Part shown: positions 28,858 to 37,373 of the stretch, one piece after another | How the letters are laid out: every line of letters starts with the position of its first letter | Position numbering within the stretch: position 1 is the stretch's first letter | Source of the DNA: an uncultured Gemmatimonadales bacterium | GTDB lineage: Bacteria; Gemmatimonadota; Gemmatimonadetes; Longimicrobiales; Longimicrobiaceae | NCBI GenBank assembly: GCA_963716255.1 | Contig: OY970303.1 | Coordinates: 7,168,001-7,232,000, forward strand | DNA length: 64,000 nt | Reading direction: 5' to 3' | Notes under the pieces: generated by a model | The model's database searches: none | Told to the model about the DNA's origin: nothing | Seen by the model: only the letters and a program-made list of their open reading frames with translations | Made by a program: the position numbers and the translations under genes

Positions 28858-28910
28858 CCCTCCCCCAGAATTGGGGGAGGGTGGCGAGCCTAAGCGAGCC
28901 GGGTGGGGGC
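28858..28910. repeat. BoxC-like palindrome (family B, inverted)
   Basis: CCCTCCCCCAGAATTGGGGGAGGGTGGCGAGCCTAAGCGAGCCGGGTGGGGGC, nearly identical to 17376-17429. Confidence 0.8.
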
Positions 28911-28917
28911 ACCCCCG

Positions 28918-29072
28918 CGGACGCCAGCGCGAGACCCGCGTGAGGGATTCCGGCCCGAAGGGGCGAGACCCGGCGGCAGTTTGCCGGGGCTCGACTCCGT
29001 TGGGCTGCGTCGTTTGCAGCCCTACGGAGCCGAAGCCCGACCCCGGCGCCAGCCGGGGGCACGCCCGAACCC
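28918..29072 (+). repeat. Structured repeat family A, copy 6
   Basis: Matches the family A consensus. Confidence 0.95.
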
Positions 29073-29090
29073 GCCGTTAGCCGTAGCCGT

Positions 29091-30380
29091 TCAGTCGGTA
29101 AGAAGCCCCGGGTACACCACCCCGTCCGGGGCGTCGAAGTCGAGCCCGAGAAGCTCCGCCACCAGCGGCGCGATCCCGGTGAGCGGCAGGAGCGGCGCGA
29201 CGGCGCCCGCGCGGATCCCCGCCCCCGCCGCCACCAGCCCGGTGTGCATCTCCGGGTGGTCGGGGTGGTGGCCGTGGCTCATCCCGGGATTGGGCCGCAG
29301 CGCCGGCCCCTCCGCCCGCGAGTCGATCACGAACCCGGGCGCCGCCGCCAGCGCGAAGGGCGAGTCGGGGTCGCTCCCCAGGGCGTCCAGCTCGGCCCGC
29401 TCCACCACCCGGAAGGTCGCCCGCACCGCCCCCGGGAGGGCGTCGAGAAGGCGGCGCGCCGCGGCCGCGCCGTCGGGGGCGGAGGGGTGGACGCGCAGGA
29501 GGGCGGAGCCGCCCAGGGCGTGGAAGGTGGCCTGCCAGTCGCCACCCTCCAGGCGCGGGGGGCGCAGCCCCGCCTCCGCCAGCCAGGCGTTGGGGCGAAC
29601 CTGGGTGTGCACCTCCATCATCCCGTGGTCGCCGGTGACGACGACGGCGGTGCGGTCCCAGGCGCGGGTGCGCTCCACCACCTCCAGGAGCAGGCTCACC
29701 ACCTGGTCCGACGCGGCCACCGCCCGCGCCCGCCGCGGGTTGCGCCAGTCCGGCTCCTGCGGCACCTGCACCGTGGCCTGCGTGTGCACCATCAGCAGCG
29801 TGGGGCGGCGGCGCTCGAACAGGTACGCCGCCATCGCCGCGACGTGCAGGTCGTGGGCGAGGAGCCGGTTGCTGAAGTTGTCCGCCGTGAGCCGGCCGGC
29901 CGCTTCCCGCTCCAGCTCGTCGAGCAGCCCGGGGGGCGCGGCGGCGGCGCGGAGCGCGTCCACCAGGCGATCGTCGCTCCCGGGCCACACGTCCGGGACG
30001 TTCCAGTCGATCGCGGCGCCCACGGTCAGCGGCCACCCCAGCGCGGCCGTGGTACCGCCGCGGGCGCGGACGGCGTCCCAGAGCGCCGGCACCCGGATCA
30101 TCGAGGCGTCCTTGAGCCAGGGCGCGTCCTCGACCGGGTCGAACGCGCGGTCGCCGTGGATGCCGTGGCGGACGGGGAGCGCGCCCGTGGCCAGCGTGGT
30201 GTGCGCGGGGTAGGTGAGCGAGGGGAAGATGCTGCGGACCGCGACGGCGTGGGCCCCCTCGCGGTACAGATGCCGCATGGCCGGCGCGGGCCAGGCGGGG
30301 TCCAGGTAGTACGCGGGGAGGAGGCCGTCCACGGAAACCAGGACGACGTGCTCGGCCCTCGGCCTGCGGTGTGTGTCCAT
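29091..30380 (-). CDS. Alkaline phosphatase superfamily / nucleotide pyrophosphatase-phosphodiesterase-like protein
   Basis: VSVDG, FPSLTYPAHTTLATG...HGI, GDHG and C-terminal HG motifs. ATG at 30380; the longer ORF start lies inside a repeat. Confidence 0.85.
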   Translation of the reverse strand: MDTHRRPRAEHVVLVSVDGLLPAYYLDPAWPAPAMRHLYREGAHAVAVRSIFPSLTYPAHTTLATGALPVRHGIHGDRAFDPVEDAPWLKDASMIRVPALWDAVRARGGTTAALGWPLTVGAAIDWNVPDVWPGSDDRLVDALRAAAAPPGLLDELEREAAGRLTADNFSNRLLAHDLHVAAMAAYLFERRRPTLLMVHTQATVQVPQEPDWRNPRRARAVAASDQVVSLLLEVVERTRAWDRTAVVVTGDHGMMEVHTQVRPNAWLAEAGLRPPRLEGGDWQATFHALGGSALLRVHPSAPDGAAAARRLLDALPGAVRATFRVVERAELDALGSDPDSPFALAAAPGFVIDSRAEGPALRPNPGMSHGHHPDHPEMHTGLVAAGAGIRAGAVAPLLPLTGIAPLVAELLGLDFDAPDGVVYPGLLTD

Positions 30381-30458
30381 GCTCTCTCTGCGTCCGTGGT
30401 CGCTGCTGAACCCCGCTTTCCACGTCGCAAGCGGCAGGCCGGACACGGGGTGAACGGC

Positions 30459-30615
30459 GGGTTTCGGGCGTGCCCCCGGCTGGCGCCGGGGTCGGGCTTC
30501 GGCTCCGTAGGGCTGCAAACAACGCAGCCCAACGGAGTCGAGCCCCGACGATACTGCTGTCGGGTCTCGCCCCTTCGGGCCGAAATCCCTCACGCGGGGT
30601 TCGCGCTGGCGTCCG
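30459..30615 (-). repeat. Structured repeat family A, copy 7
   Basis: Reverse complement of the family A consensus. Confidence 0.95.
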
Positions 30616-30668
30616 CGGGGGCCCCCTCCCCGGCGCTGCGCGCCGTCCCGCCGTTCCGCCGCAGCCGC

Positions 30669-31139
30669 TCAGTCGCTCAGGCCGGCACGCTCCCGCACCG
30701 CCATCATCGTCGCCTGCATCAGCGCCACGACCACGCCGTCGTCCGCCCCGGCGTCCGCGCCGTCCGGCAGCGCGACCAGCTCGCCCGAGCAGACGGTGAG
30801 CGTCCGCCCCGCCCGCACCACCCGCCCCACGGCCCGGAAGCGCGCCCCGGCGCCCGGCGCGAGCAGGTTGACCTTGAACTCCACGCTGAGCACGGCGGAC
30901 CCCGGCGGCATCAGCGTGAGCGCGGCGTACCCGCAGGCGCTGTCGACGACCGCCGTGGCCGCCCCGGCGTGCAGGAAGCCGTGCTGCTGCCCGAGCTCGG
31001 CGCGGAAGGGCAGCTCCACGACCACGCGGCCGGGCTCGACCGCAGCGAGCCGTGCCCCGAGGGTCGCCATGAAGGCCTGGCGCGCGAAGCTCGCGCGCAC
31101 CCGCGCGTCGTAGCCGGGGTCCTGCGGTTGGAAGCGCAT
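30669..31139 (-). CDS. PaaI-family hotdog thioesterase
   Basis: QQHGFLHAG...DSACG and VEFKVNLLAP motifs. Confidence 0.92.
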   Translation of the reverse strand: MRFQPQDPGYDARVRASFARQAFMATLGARLAAVEPGRVVVELPFRAELGQQHGFLHAGAATAVVDSACGYAALTLMPPGSAVLSVEFKVNLLAPGAGARFRAVGRVVRAGRTLTVCSGELVALPDGADAGADDGVVVALMQATMMAVRERAGLSD

Positions 31140-31206
31140 GGGTGTCTCCGTCGCTCAGGTCCGGGGCGTGCCTGGAGGAGCGTTTTGCCGTTGCCGTCGC
31201 GGCCGT

Positions 31207-31346
31207 CGCGTGAGGGATGCGCGCCCGGCAGGGCCGAGACCCCGGGGGCCGTTTCCCGGGGGCTCGGCTGCGTTGGACACGGTAGTTTCGTGTCCTACGC
31301 AGCGCGCAGCCCGACCCCCGCGCCAGCGGGGGGCACGCCCGAACCC
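31207..31346 (+). repeat. Structured repeat family A, copy 8 (divergent, no leader)
   Basis: GCGTGAGGGAT...AGCCCGACC...GGCACGCCCGAACCC scaffold with compensatory stem substitutions. Confidence 0.9.
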
Positions 31347-31365
31347 TGTCGTCGCAGTCCCGTAG

Positions 31366-32274
31366 TCAGCCGTTCAGCAACCGCACGCACAACACGGCCC
31401 AGGCGAGAACGGTGATGACGAGCTTGTAGTCGGAAAGGAGCGTGTCCGTGGGCGACTCCCCGGCGGACCGCGCGGCGAGGACGCCGTAGCGGAACAGGCC
31501 CGCCAGCACCAGCGGGATCGTGGTGAGGAGCACGGGGCGCTCCACCAGGACGAAGAGGCCGTAGACGACGAACGCGCCGGCGCCGGCCGCCCAGGCGAAC
31601 CGGTCCAGCACCCGGGCGGAGTAGCGGCGGAGCACGGGGCGCGCGGACTCGCCCCGCACGCGCAGCTCCTGCCGCCGCTTGAGCGCGGCAAGGTACGCGG
31701 CCAGGCAGAGCGTGGTGACGAGCATCCAGGCGGAGAGCGGCACGCCGATGCCGTGGGCGCCCCCGTACACCCGCAGCACGAAGCAGAGCGCCACCACGAA
31801 CAGCTCCACCCAGGCGACGTGCTTGAGGACGGTGGAGTACGCCGCCGCCGTCAGCAGGTACGCGGCGACGGGGAGGGCGAGCACGGGGCGCAGCGCCATC
31901 CCGGCGGCGAGGGCGGCGGAAAGCCCGGCGAGGACCGCCAGCGCGGCGCCCGGTGCGAGCAGGCCGGCGGCGAGCGGACGGGTGCTGCGCTTCAGGGGGT
32001 GCCGGACGTCCAGCTCCCGGTCCAGGAGGTCGTTGAGGACGTAGCCCCAGGAGGCGGCGAGGCAGAACAGGACGAAGGCGGCGGCCGCCGCGCGCACGCT
32101 GGCGGGGTCGCCGGTGCGGCCGGCGAAGACGAGCGGCGCGAGCACGAAGCCGTTCTTGACCCACTGCCGGGGGCGCAGCAGGCGCGCGCCGTGGACCAGC
32201 GCCGCCAGCCGGGAACGGGGCGGCACGGCGGCGACGGCGGCGTCGCGGACGGGGGGCGCGAGGGTGGAGTGCAC
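31366..32274 (-). CDS. UbiA-family polyprenyl-phosphate phosphoribosyltransferase (DPPR synthase-like)
   Basis: RPRQWVKN, YVLNDLLD.ELD..HPLK..RPLAAG, LKRRQE and GESPT motifs. Confidence 0.88.
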   Translation of the reverse strand: MHSTLAPPVRDAAVAAVPPRSRLAALVHGARLLRPRQWVKNGFVLAPLVFAGRTGDPASVRAAAAAFVLFCLAASWGYVLNDLLDRELDVRHPLKRSTRPLAAGLLAPGAALAVLAGLSAALAAGMALRPVLALPVAAYLLTAAAYSTVLKHVAWVELFVVALCFVLRVYGGAHGIGVPLSAWMLVTTLCLAAYLAALKRRQELRVRGESARPVLRRYSARVLDRFAWAAGAGAFVVYGLFVLVERPVLLTTIPLVLAGLFRYGVLAARSAGESPTDTLLSDYKLVITVLAWAVLCVRLLNG

Positions 32275-32281
32275 GGTGGGG

Positions 32282-33016
32282 TCAGACCTTGAGCCGCTCG
32301 AAGAGCGGGGCGGGGAGGGCGCGCAGCGCCAGGGACACCCAGCGCCAGGGCCACGGGAGGTAGACGACCCGCCGGCCGCGGCGGACGGCGTCCAGCATGC
32401 CCTCCGCCACGCGGTCGGGGGACGCGGTCAGCCGCGGGGGCGTGCGGCCCCAGGTCATGCGCGTGTCCACGAAGCCGGGGCGCGCCACGGTGACGCGGAC
32501 GCCGGTGCCGCGCAGGCGTCCCCGCAGCCCTTCCAGGTACGTGTCGAGCCCGGCCTTGGCGGAGCCGTAGTGGTAGTTGCCGGCGCGCCCGCGGTCGCCG
32601 GCCACCGATGACACGGCGCACACGAAGCCGCCGCCCCGCCGCGCCAGCCGGGCCACGACCAGGTCGATCAGCGACACGCACGCCACGTAGTTGACCAGGA
32701 GCATCCGCTCCACGTCGCCGCGGTCGGCGGGGTCGCCCATCTCGCCCAGGCAGCAGACGACGCCCGCGACGGGCGCCGCGGCGAAGCACCGGGCGACCGC
32801 GTCGGGGTGCGAGGCGAGGTCCAGCGCGTCGCAGCGCACCACGTGCGCGGGGACGCCGTGGCGGATGCGCGCGTCGGCGGCCACGGCGCCCAGCTCGTCC
32901 GGGTCGCGCCCGGCGAGCACCAGCGGGTGGCCGTCCCGCGCGAGCCGCCGCGCCACCGCGCGGCCCAGCCCGCCGCTCGCCCCCAGCACCAGGACCGGCG
33001 CGCCGGCGGGGATCAC
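32282..33016 (-). CDS. SDR oxidoreductase, DprE2-like
   Basis: GASGGLG, SSVAGDRGR.GNYHYGSAKAG and PGFVDTRMT motifs; coupled to the DprE1-like gene. Confidence 0.85.
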   Translation of the reverse strand: MIPAGAPVLVLGASGGLGRAVARRLARDGHPLVLAGRDPDELGAVAADARIRHGVPAHVVRCDALDLASHPDAVARCFAAAPVAGVVCCLGEMGDPADRGDVERMLLVNYVACVSLIDLVVARLARRGGGFVCAVSSVAGDRGRAGNYHYGSAKAGLDTYLEGLRGRLRGTGVRVTVARPGFVDTRMTWGRTPPRLTASPDRVAEGMLDAVRRGRRVVYLPWPWRWVSLALRALPAPLFERLKV

Positions 33017-34407
33017 GCGGCGCCCGCCGGCACGGGGGCGCCGGCCGCGAGGCCCAGCCGCTCCCCCAGCGAGGAGCAAAAGACGCCGGCGGGGTCCAGC
33101 GCGGCGAGCTCCTGGCGGAAATCCGGGAGCGCGGGGTACATGCGGGCCACCTCCGCGGGGCCGGCGACGGCGTCCTTGGCCAGGTACACCCGCCCGCCGT
33201 GGTCCGCGGCGAGGCGCCCCAGCTCGCGCACCAGCGCCACGGCGTCCGGGGTGCACGCGAAGTCCAGCGCCAGCGTCCACCCCGCCAGCGGAAAGGACAG
33301 GTGGCCGATCCCCCCGCCGCCCATGCGCTTGAGCACGGCCAGGAGCGGGGGGAGGCCGCCGCGGGCGCACCGGTCCAGCGCGGCGGCCACGGCGGCGCGG
33401 GCGGCCGGGACGGGGAAGGCGGCCTGCAGCTGGAGCATGCCGCGGGGGCCGTACAGCAGGTTCCACCCGGCGACGCCGTCCAGGGGGAAGAGGAAGCGCT
33501 CGATGGCAACGACCCGGCCGGGCTCGCGCCCGGCCCGCGCGAAGCGGAGGGCGTTGTAAGCGCGCACGCCCCAGCGCCGCACCAGCCCCGCGGGGGGCGC
33601 CAGCGGGACGCGCGGCGCCGGCCGGGCGGGCGGGGTCCGGTGCGGGTCGGCGGGGTCCGGGGCCTCGTCCGGGAGGGCGTGGCGCGCTCGCGTCCGCACG
33701 CCGCGCCCCCGGCCGCGCCCGGGCGCCAGGCAGTCCAGCCAGAGGACGTCGAACGGGTGGCCGGCGGGGGCGTGCTCCCAGTCGTCGAGCGTGTCCGCCA
33801 GCTCCGCGGTCCGGCCGGTCTCCACCCGGAGGTACGCGCTGGGCACGCGCTCCAGCCGGATCCGCGCGGCGAGCACGATCCCGCTGAGCCCCATCCCCCC
33901 GACGGTCGCGCGGAAGGCGCCGGGGTGCTCGGCGGGCGAGCAGCGGCGCACCTCGCCGTCGCCGCACAGGAGCTCCAGCCCGGCCACGTGGTCGCCGAAG
34001 GAGCCGGCGGCCGGGTGGTTCTTGCCGTGCACGTCGGCGGCGACGGCGCCGCCCACGGACACGTGGCGGGTGCCGGGGAGCGCGGGCGGGAGCCAGCCGC
34101 GGGGGAGGAAGGTGCCCACGACGTCGCCCAGCGCCGCCCCGCCCTCGCACTCCAGGATCCCCGTGGCGGCGTCGAAGTCCAGGAAGCGGTCCAGCCGCCC
34201 GGTGAGGACCACGGCGCCGCCGCCGTTCAGGGCGGCGTCGCCGTAGCTCCGCCCCATCCCCCGCGCGACCAGCCCGCCGGCCGGCCGCGACCGCACCAGC
34301 GACACCAGCTCGTGCCGCCGTTCGGGACGGTACACGCGGCAGCGCTCGGCGGGGTGGCGCCCCCAGCCGTGGAGCACGCGGTCCGGTGCGGAGATGGGTG
34401 GATCCAT
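33013..34407 (-). CDS. FAD-binding oxidoreductase, DprE1-like
   Basis: GWGR, RGMGRSYGDAA, PGT..VSVGG...DVHGKNH, FLFPLD, GWTLALD and GGRVYLAKD motifs. Confidence 0.9.
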   Translation of the reverse strand: MDPPISAPDRVLHGWGRHPAERCRVYRPERRHELVSLVRSRPAGGLVARGMGRSYGDAALNGGGAVVLTGRLDRFLDFDAATGILECEGGAALGDVVGTFLPRGWLPPALPGTRHVSVGGAVAADVHGKNHPAAGSFGDHVAGLELLCGDGEVRRCSPAEHPGAFRATVGGMGLSGIVLAARIRLERVPSAYLRVETGRTAELADTLDDWEHAPAGHPFDVLWLDCLAPGRGRGRGVRTRARHALPDEAPDPADPHRTPPARPAPRVPLAPPAGLVRRWGVRAYNALRFARAGREPGRVVAIERFLFPLDGVAGWNLLYGPRGMLQLQAAFPVPAARAAVAAALDRCARGGLPPLLAVLKRMGGGGIGHLSFPLAGWTLALDFACTPDAVALVRELGRLAADHGGRVYLAKDAVAGPAEVARMYPALPDFRQELAALDPAGVFCSSLGERLGLAAGAPVPAGAA

Positions 34408-34443
34408 GGGGAGGGTGGGGCGGGTGCGCGGGCGGGAGCGGGA

Positions 34444-34472
34444 ACCCTACCACGGCCCCCGGCCCCGCGCAA
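34444..34472 (-). promoter_or_regulatory. Candidate sigma70-type promoter for the DprE1/DprE2/UbiA-like operon
   Basis: TTGCGC-N17-TAGGGT with a TG extension on the minus strand. Confidence 0.4.
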
Positions 34473-34590
34473 GCGTCCGCCCGCGTGCACGCGCCCGTCC
34501 CTGGCCCGCGTCCGCCGCGCGGCTTACGTTTCGGCTCCCGGACCCCGCAGCCGCGGCTCCTTGCGAGCGCGGCTCCCCCCGACCCGACCG

Positions 34591-35787
34591 ATGTCCTCGA
34601 TCCAGATCGCGGCGGCCCTCCCGGAGCCGCCGAGGGGCCTCGCGCGCGCCGCGCCGGCCGCCTTCGCGGCGGTGATGCTCCTCGCCTCGCTCCAGGCCGT
34701 GTGGACGCGCGGTGGGACGGCGGGCGCCGCCGCGTTCGCCGTGGGGGTGGTGACGGCGGCGCGGGTCCCCCCCGGGCGGCTGCGCGCCGCCGCGCGCCGC
34801 GTCGGGGCCCGCCACCTCCTCTGGCTGGGCGGGCTCACGCTGCTCCTGGCCGCGACCTTCGCCTTCGTCTATCCGCTGGCCGACGCGGGCGTGCTGGGCG
34901 GCGGGAGCGACCGCGACGAGGCGCTGGACCTGGCGGTGCGCGCCCTGGCCGCGGGGGAGCACCCGTACCGCCTGCGCACCTACCTGGGCAACCCCATCAC
35001 GCCCATGCCGGGGGCGCTGCTCCTGGCCGCGCCCTTCGTGGCGCTGGGCGGCTCCGCGCTCCAGGTGCTGTCCTGGGTTCCCGCGCTCGCCCTGGCGCTG
35101 GGGCGCGCGCTCCGCGACCGGGGCGCCGGGATCCTGCTGACGGCGGCGGCGGTGGCGCTCTGCCCGGAGGCCCTGCGCGACCTGCTCGGCGGCGGCGACC
35201 TGTTCGTCAGCGCGGCCTACGTCACCGTCGCCCTGGTGCTGGCGATGGACGCCGCCGGGGGCCGGAGCTCGCGGTGGGCGGCGGCGGCGGCGTCCGTGCT
35301 GCTGGGCGTCACGCTCTCCTCCCGGCCCAACTTCGCGCTGCTCTTCCCGCTGGCGCTGGCCGGCCTCGCCCGGGCGGGGGGAGGCCGCGGGATGCGGATG
35401 GGCGCGCTCGCCGTGGCCACCTTCGCCGCGGTTACGGCGCCGCTCTACCTGGCCGACCCCGCCGGCTTCTCGCCGCTGCACACCGCCGACAAGCTCCGCC
35501 AGTTCGAGCAGGTGCTCCCGCACGCGGCGGCGTGGGTGACCGGCGCGACCGCGGCCGCCGCGCTTCTCCTCGCCCTCCGCCCGGCAAACCGCCGCACGGA
35601 CGCGCTCCTCCTGCACTGCGCGGCGGTGCAGGCGGTCCCCGTCGTCGCCACCACGCTGATGTCGCTGCTCCCGGGGTACCGCCCCTTCGCCGACCTGAGC
35701 GGGAGCGGGCTGGTGCTGGTGCCCCTGGTGCTCGTCCCGCTGTGGTCGGCGCGCGTGGCCGCCCCGGCCGCCCCGGCCGCCCCGTGA
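34591..35787 (+). CDS. Polytopic membrane protein, probable GT-C glycosyltransferase
   Basis: Multiple TM segments; acidic loop SDRDE followed by GEHPY...NPITPMPG, resembling the GT87-like first loop; divergent from a lipid-sugar donor operon. Confidence 0.55.
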   Translation: MSSIQIAAALPEPPRGLARAAPAAFAAVMLLASLQAVWTRGGTAGAAAFAVGVVTAARVPPGRLRAAARRVGARHLLWLGGLTLLLAATFAFVYPLADAGVLGGGSDRDEALDLAVRALAAGEHPYRLRTYLGNPITPMPGALLLAAPFVALGGSALQVLSWVPALALALGRALRDRGAGILLTAAAVALCPEALRDLLGGGDLFVSAAYVTVALVLAMDAAGGRSSRWAAAAASVLLGVTLSSRPNFALLFPLALAGLARAGGGRGMRMGALAVATFAAVTAPLYLADPAGFSPLHTADKLRQFEQVLPHAAAWVTGATAAAALLLALRPANRRTDALLLHCAAVQAVPVVATTLMSLLPGYRPFADLSGSGLVLVPLVLVPLWSARVAAPAAPAAP

Positions 35788-37373
35788 GCGGGACGCTGCG
35801 CATCCTCCGGGACGGCCCCGAGCGCGATTCCCGGGCGGGTCCGGGTGCGGTCCCCTGGGACGAGGTGGCGCGGTGGGCCCGCTCCGGCCGGCTCGCCGGC
35901 CGCCTCTTTCGCGCGCCCGAGGCCGAGCTGCACACCCGGGACGTGCGCTTCCTCCGCCGGCCGCTCCTGTCCGCGCTCCTGGTGCGGCTTCTGGGGCGGC
36001 GCGCCTGGATCGTGGACGCCGCGGGCGGGCGCCACCCGGTGGGGGCGCCGCTGCTCGCCGCGTGGGGCGCCCGCTTCGCGCGCGACCTGGCCGGCTCGCG
36101 CGCCCTCCTCCGCGGCGTGGAGCGCGACCTGGAGCGGCTGGAGCGCGCGGCGGCCGCGCGCCCGCCGGGGCGCCGCGTCCCCGGGGCAGGCGCGCCCGTG
36201 TACCTGCGCACCGACCTGTGGTTCGGCGTCGCGGCCGGGGGCTCGGTGGCCCACGTGGCGGGGGTGGCGAACCACCTGGACGCGTGGGGGGAGCCCGCCG
36301 TGGTGCTGACCACGGACCCGCTCCCCCTGGTGCGCCCGGAGCTGGAGCAGCACGTGGTGCGGCCCGGCGCGGAGTTCTGGGACTTCCGGGAGCTCCCCGA
36401 CCTGCGCTTCAACCGCGTGTTCGAGGAACGGGCCGCGGCGCTCCTCCGGGGGCGGCGCGTCGCCTTCTTCTACCAGCGCTACGGCGCGCACGGCTACGCC
36501 GGCGCCTCGCTGGCCCTGGCGCGCGGGGTGCCGCTGGTGGTGGAGTTCAACGGCTCCGCGGCCTGGCTCGGCCGCCACTGGGGCGAGCCGCTGCGCTTCG
36601 AGGCGCTGGCGGACCGCGTCGAGCGCGTCGTCCTGGCGTCGGCGGAGCTGGTGGTGGTGGTCGCCGACGCGCTCCGCGACCGGCTCGCCGCCGCGGGGGT
36701 CCCGCCGGAGCGGATCCTCGTCAACCCCAACGGCGTGGACCCCGACCGCTACTCGCCGGCCGTGGACGGCTCCCGCGTCCGCGCCCGGTACGGCCTGGGC
36801 GGCGCGCCGGTCGTGGGGTTCATCGGCACCTTCGGGCCCTGGCACGGCGCGGAGGTCCTGGCGGACGCCTGGGGGCGGATGCGGGCCGGGCGCCCCGACC
36901 TGCACGGCGCGCGGCTGCTGATGATCGGGAGCGGGGCGCGTCTGGAGGCGACGCGCGCGGCGCTGGAGCGCGGGGGCGCCGCCGGGGCGGCCGTGCTGAC
37001 GGGGCTGGTGCCGCAGGAGGAGGGGGCGGAGCACCTGGCCGCCTGCGACGTCCTGGTCGCCCCGCACGTCCCCAACCCCGACGGCTCGGAGTTCTTCGGC
37101 TCGCCCACCAAGCTGTTCGAGTACCTGGCCATGGGGCGCGCCGTGGTGGCCTCCGACCTGGGGCAGATCGGCCGGGTGGTCCGCCACGGGGAGAACGGCT
37201 GGCGGGTTCCCCCGGGGGACGCGGAAGCGCTGGCCGGCGGGATCGCCCGGCTCCTGGACGACGCGGAGCTGCGCGGGCGCCTGGGCGCGGCGGCTCGCAC
37301 GGACGCGGTGGAGCGCTGGAGCTGGCGCGCGCACGTGGGGCGCACGCTCGCCGCGCTGCGGGGGGAGCGTTGA
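35784..37373 (+). CDS. GT4 glycosyltransferase
   Basis: NPNGVD, GFIGTFGPWHG and FFGSPTKLFEYLAMG motifs. Confidence 0.9.
   Translation: MSGTLRILRDGPERDSRAGPGAVPWDEVARWARSGRLAGRLFRAPEAELHTRDVRFLRRPLLSALLVRLLGRRAWIVDAAGGRHPVGAPLLAAWGARFARDLAGSRALLRGVERDLERLERAAAARPPGRRVPGAGAPVYLRTDLWFGVAAGGSVAHVAGVANHLDAWGEPAVVLTTDPLPLVRPELEQHVVRPGAEFWDFRELPDLRFNRVFEERAAALLRGRRVAFFYQRYGAHGYAGASLALARGVPLVVEFNGSAAWLGRHWGEPLRFEALADRVERVVLASAELVVVVADALRDRLAAAGVPPERILVNPNGVDPDRYSPAVDGSRVRARYGLGGAPVVGFIGTFGPWHGAEVLADAWGRMRAGRPDLHGARLLMIGSGARLEATRAALERGGAAGAAVLTGLVPQEEGAEHLAACDVLVAPHVPNPDGSEFFGSPTKLFEYLAMGRAVVASDLGQIGRVVRHGENGWRVPPGDAEALAGGIARLLDDAELRGRLGAAARTDAVERWSWRAHVGRTLAALRGER

Noticed and set aside
30381..30593. 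Recurring peptides (MRDFGPKGRD..., EPKPDPGASRGHA, YGAEARPRRQPG) at ORF N-termini
   Set aside because: These are translations of the stop-poor repeat. They join neighbouring genes in different frames, and the variation preserves base pairing rather than amino acids.
35758..35783. 9-bp tandem repeat GCCCCGGCC
   Set aside because: It is a short in-frame Ala-Pro-Ala tail, unremarkable in GC-rich DNA.
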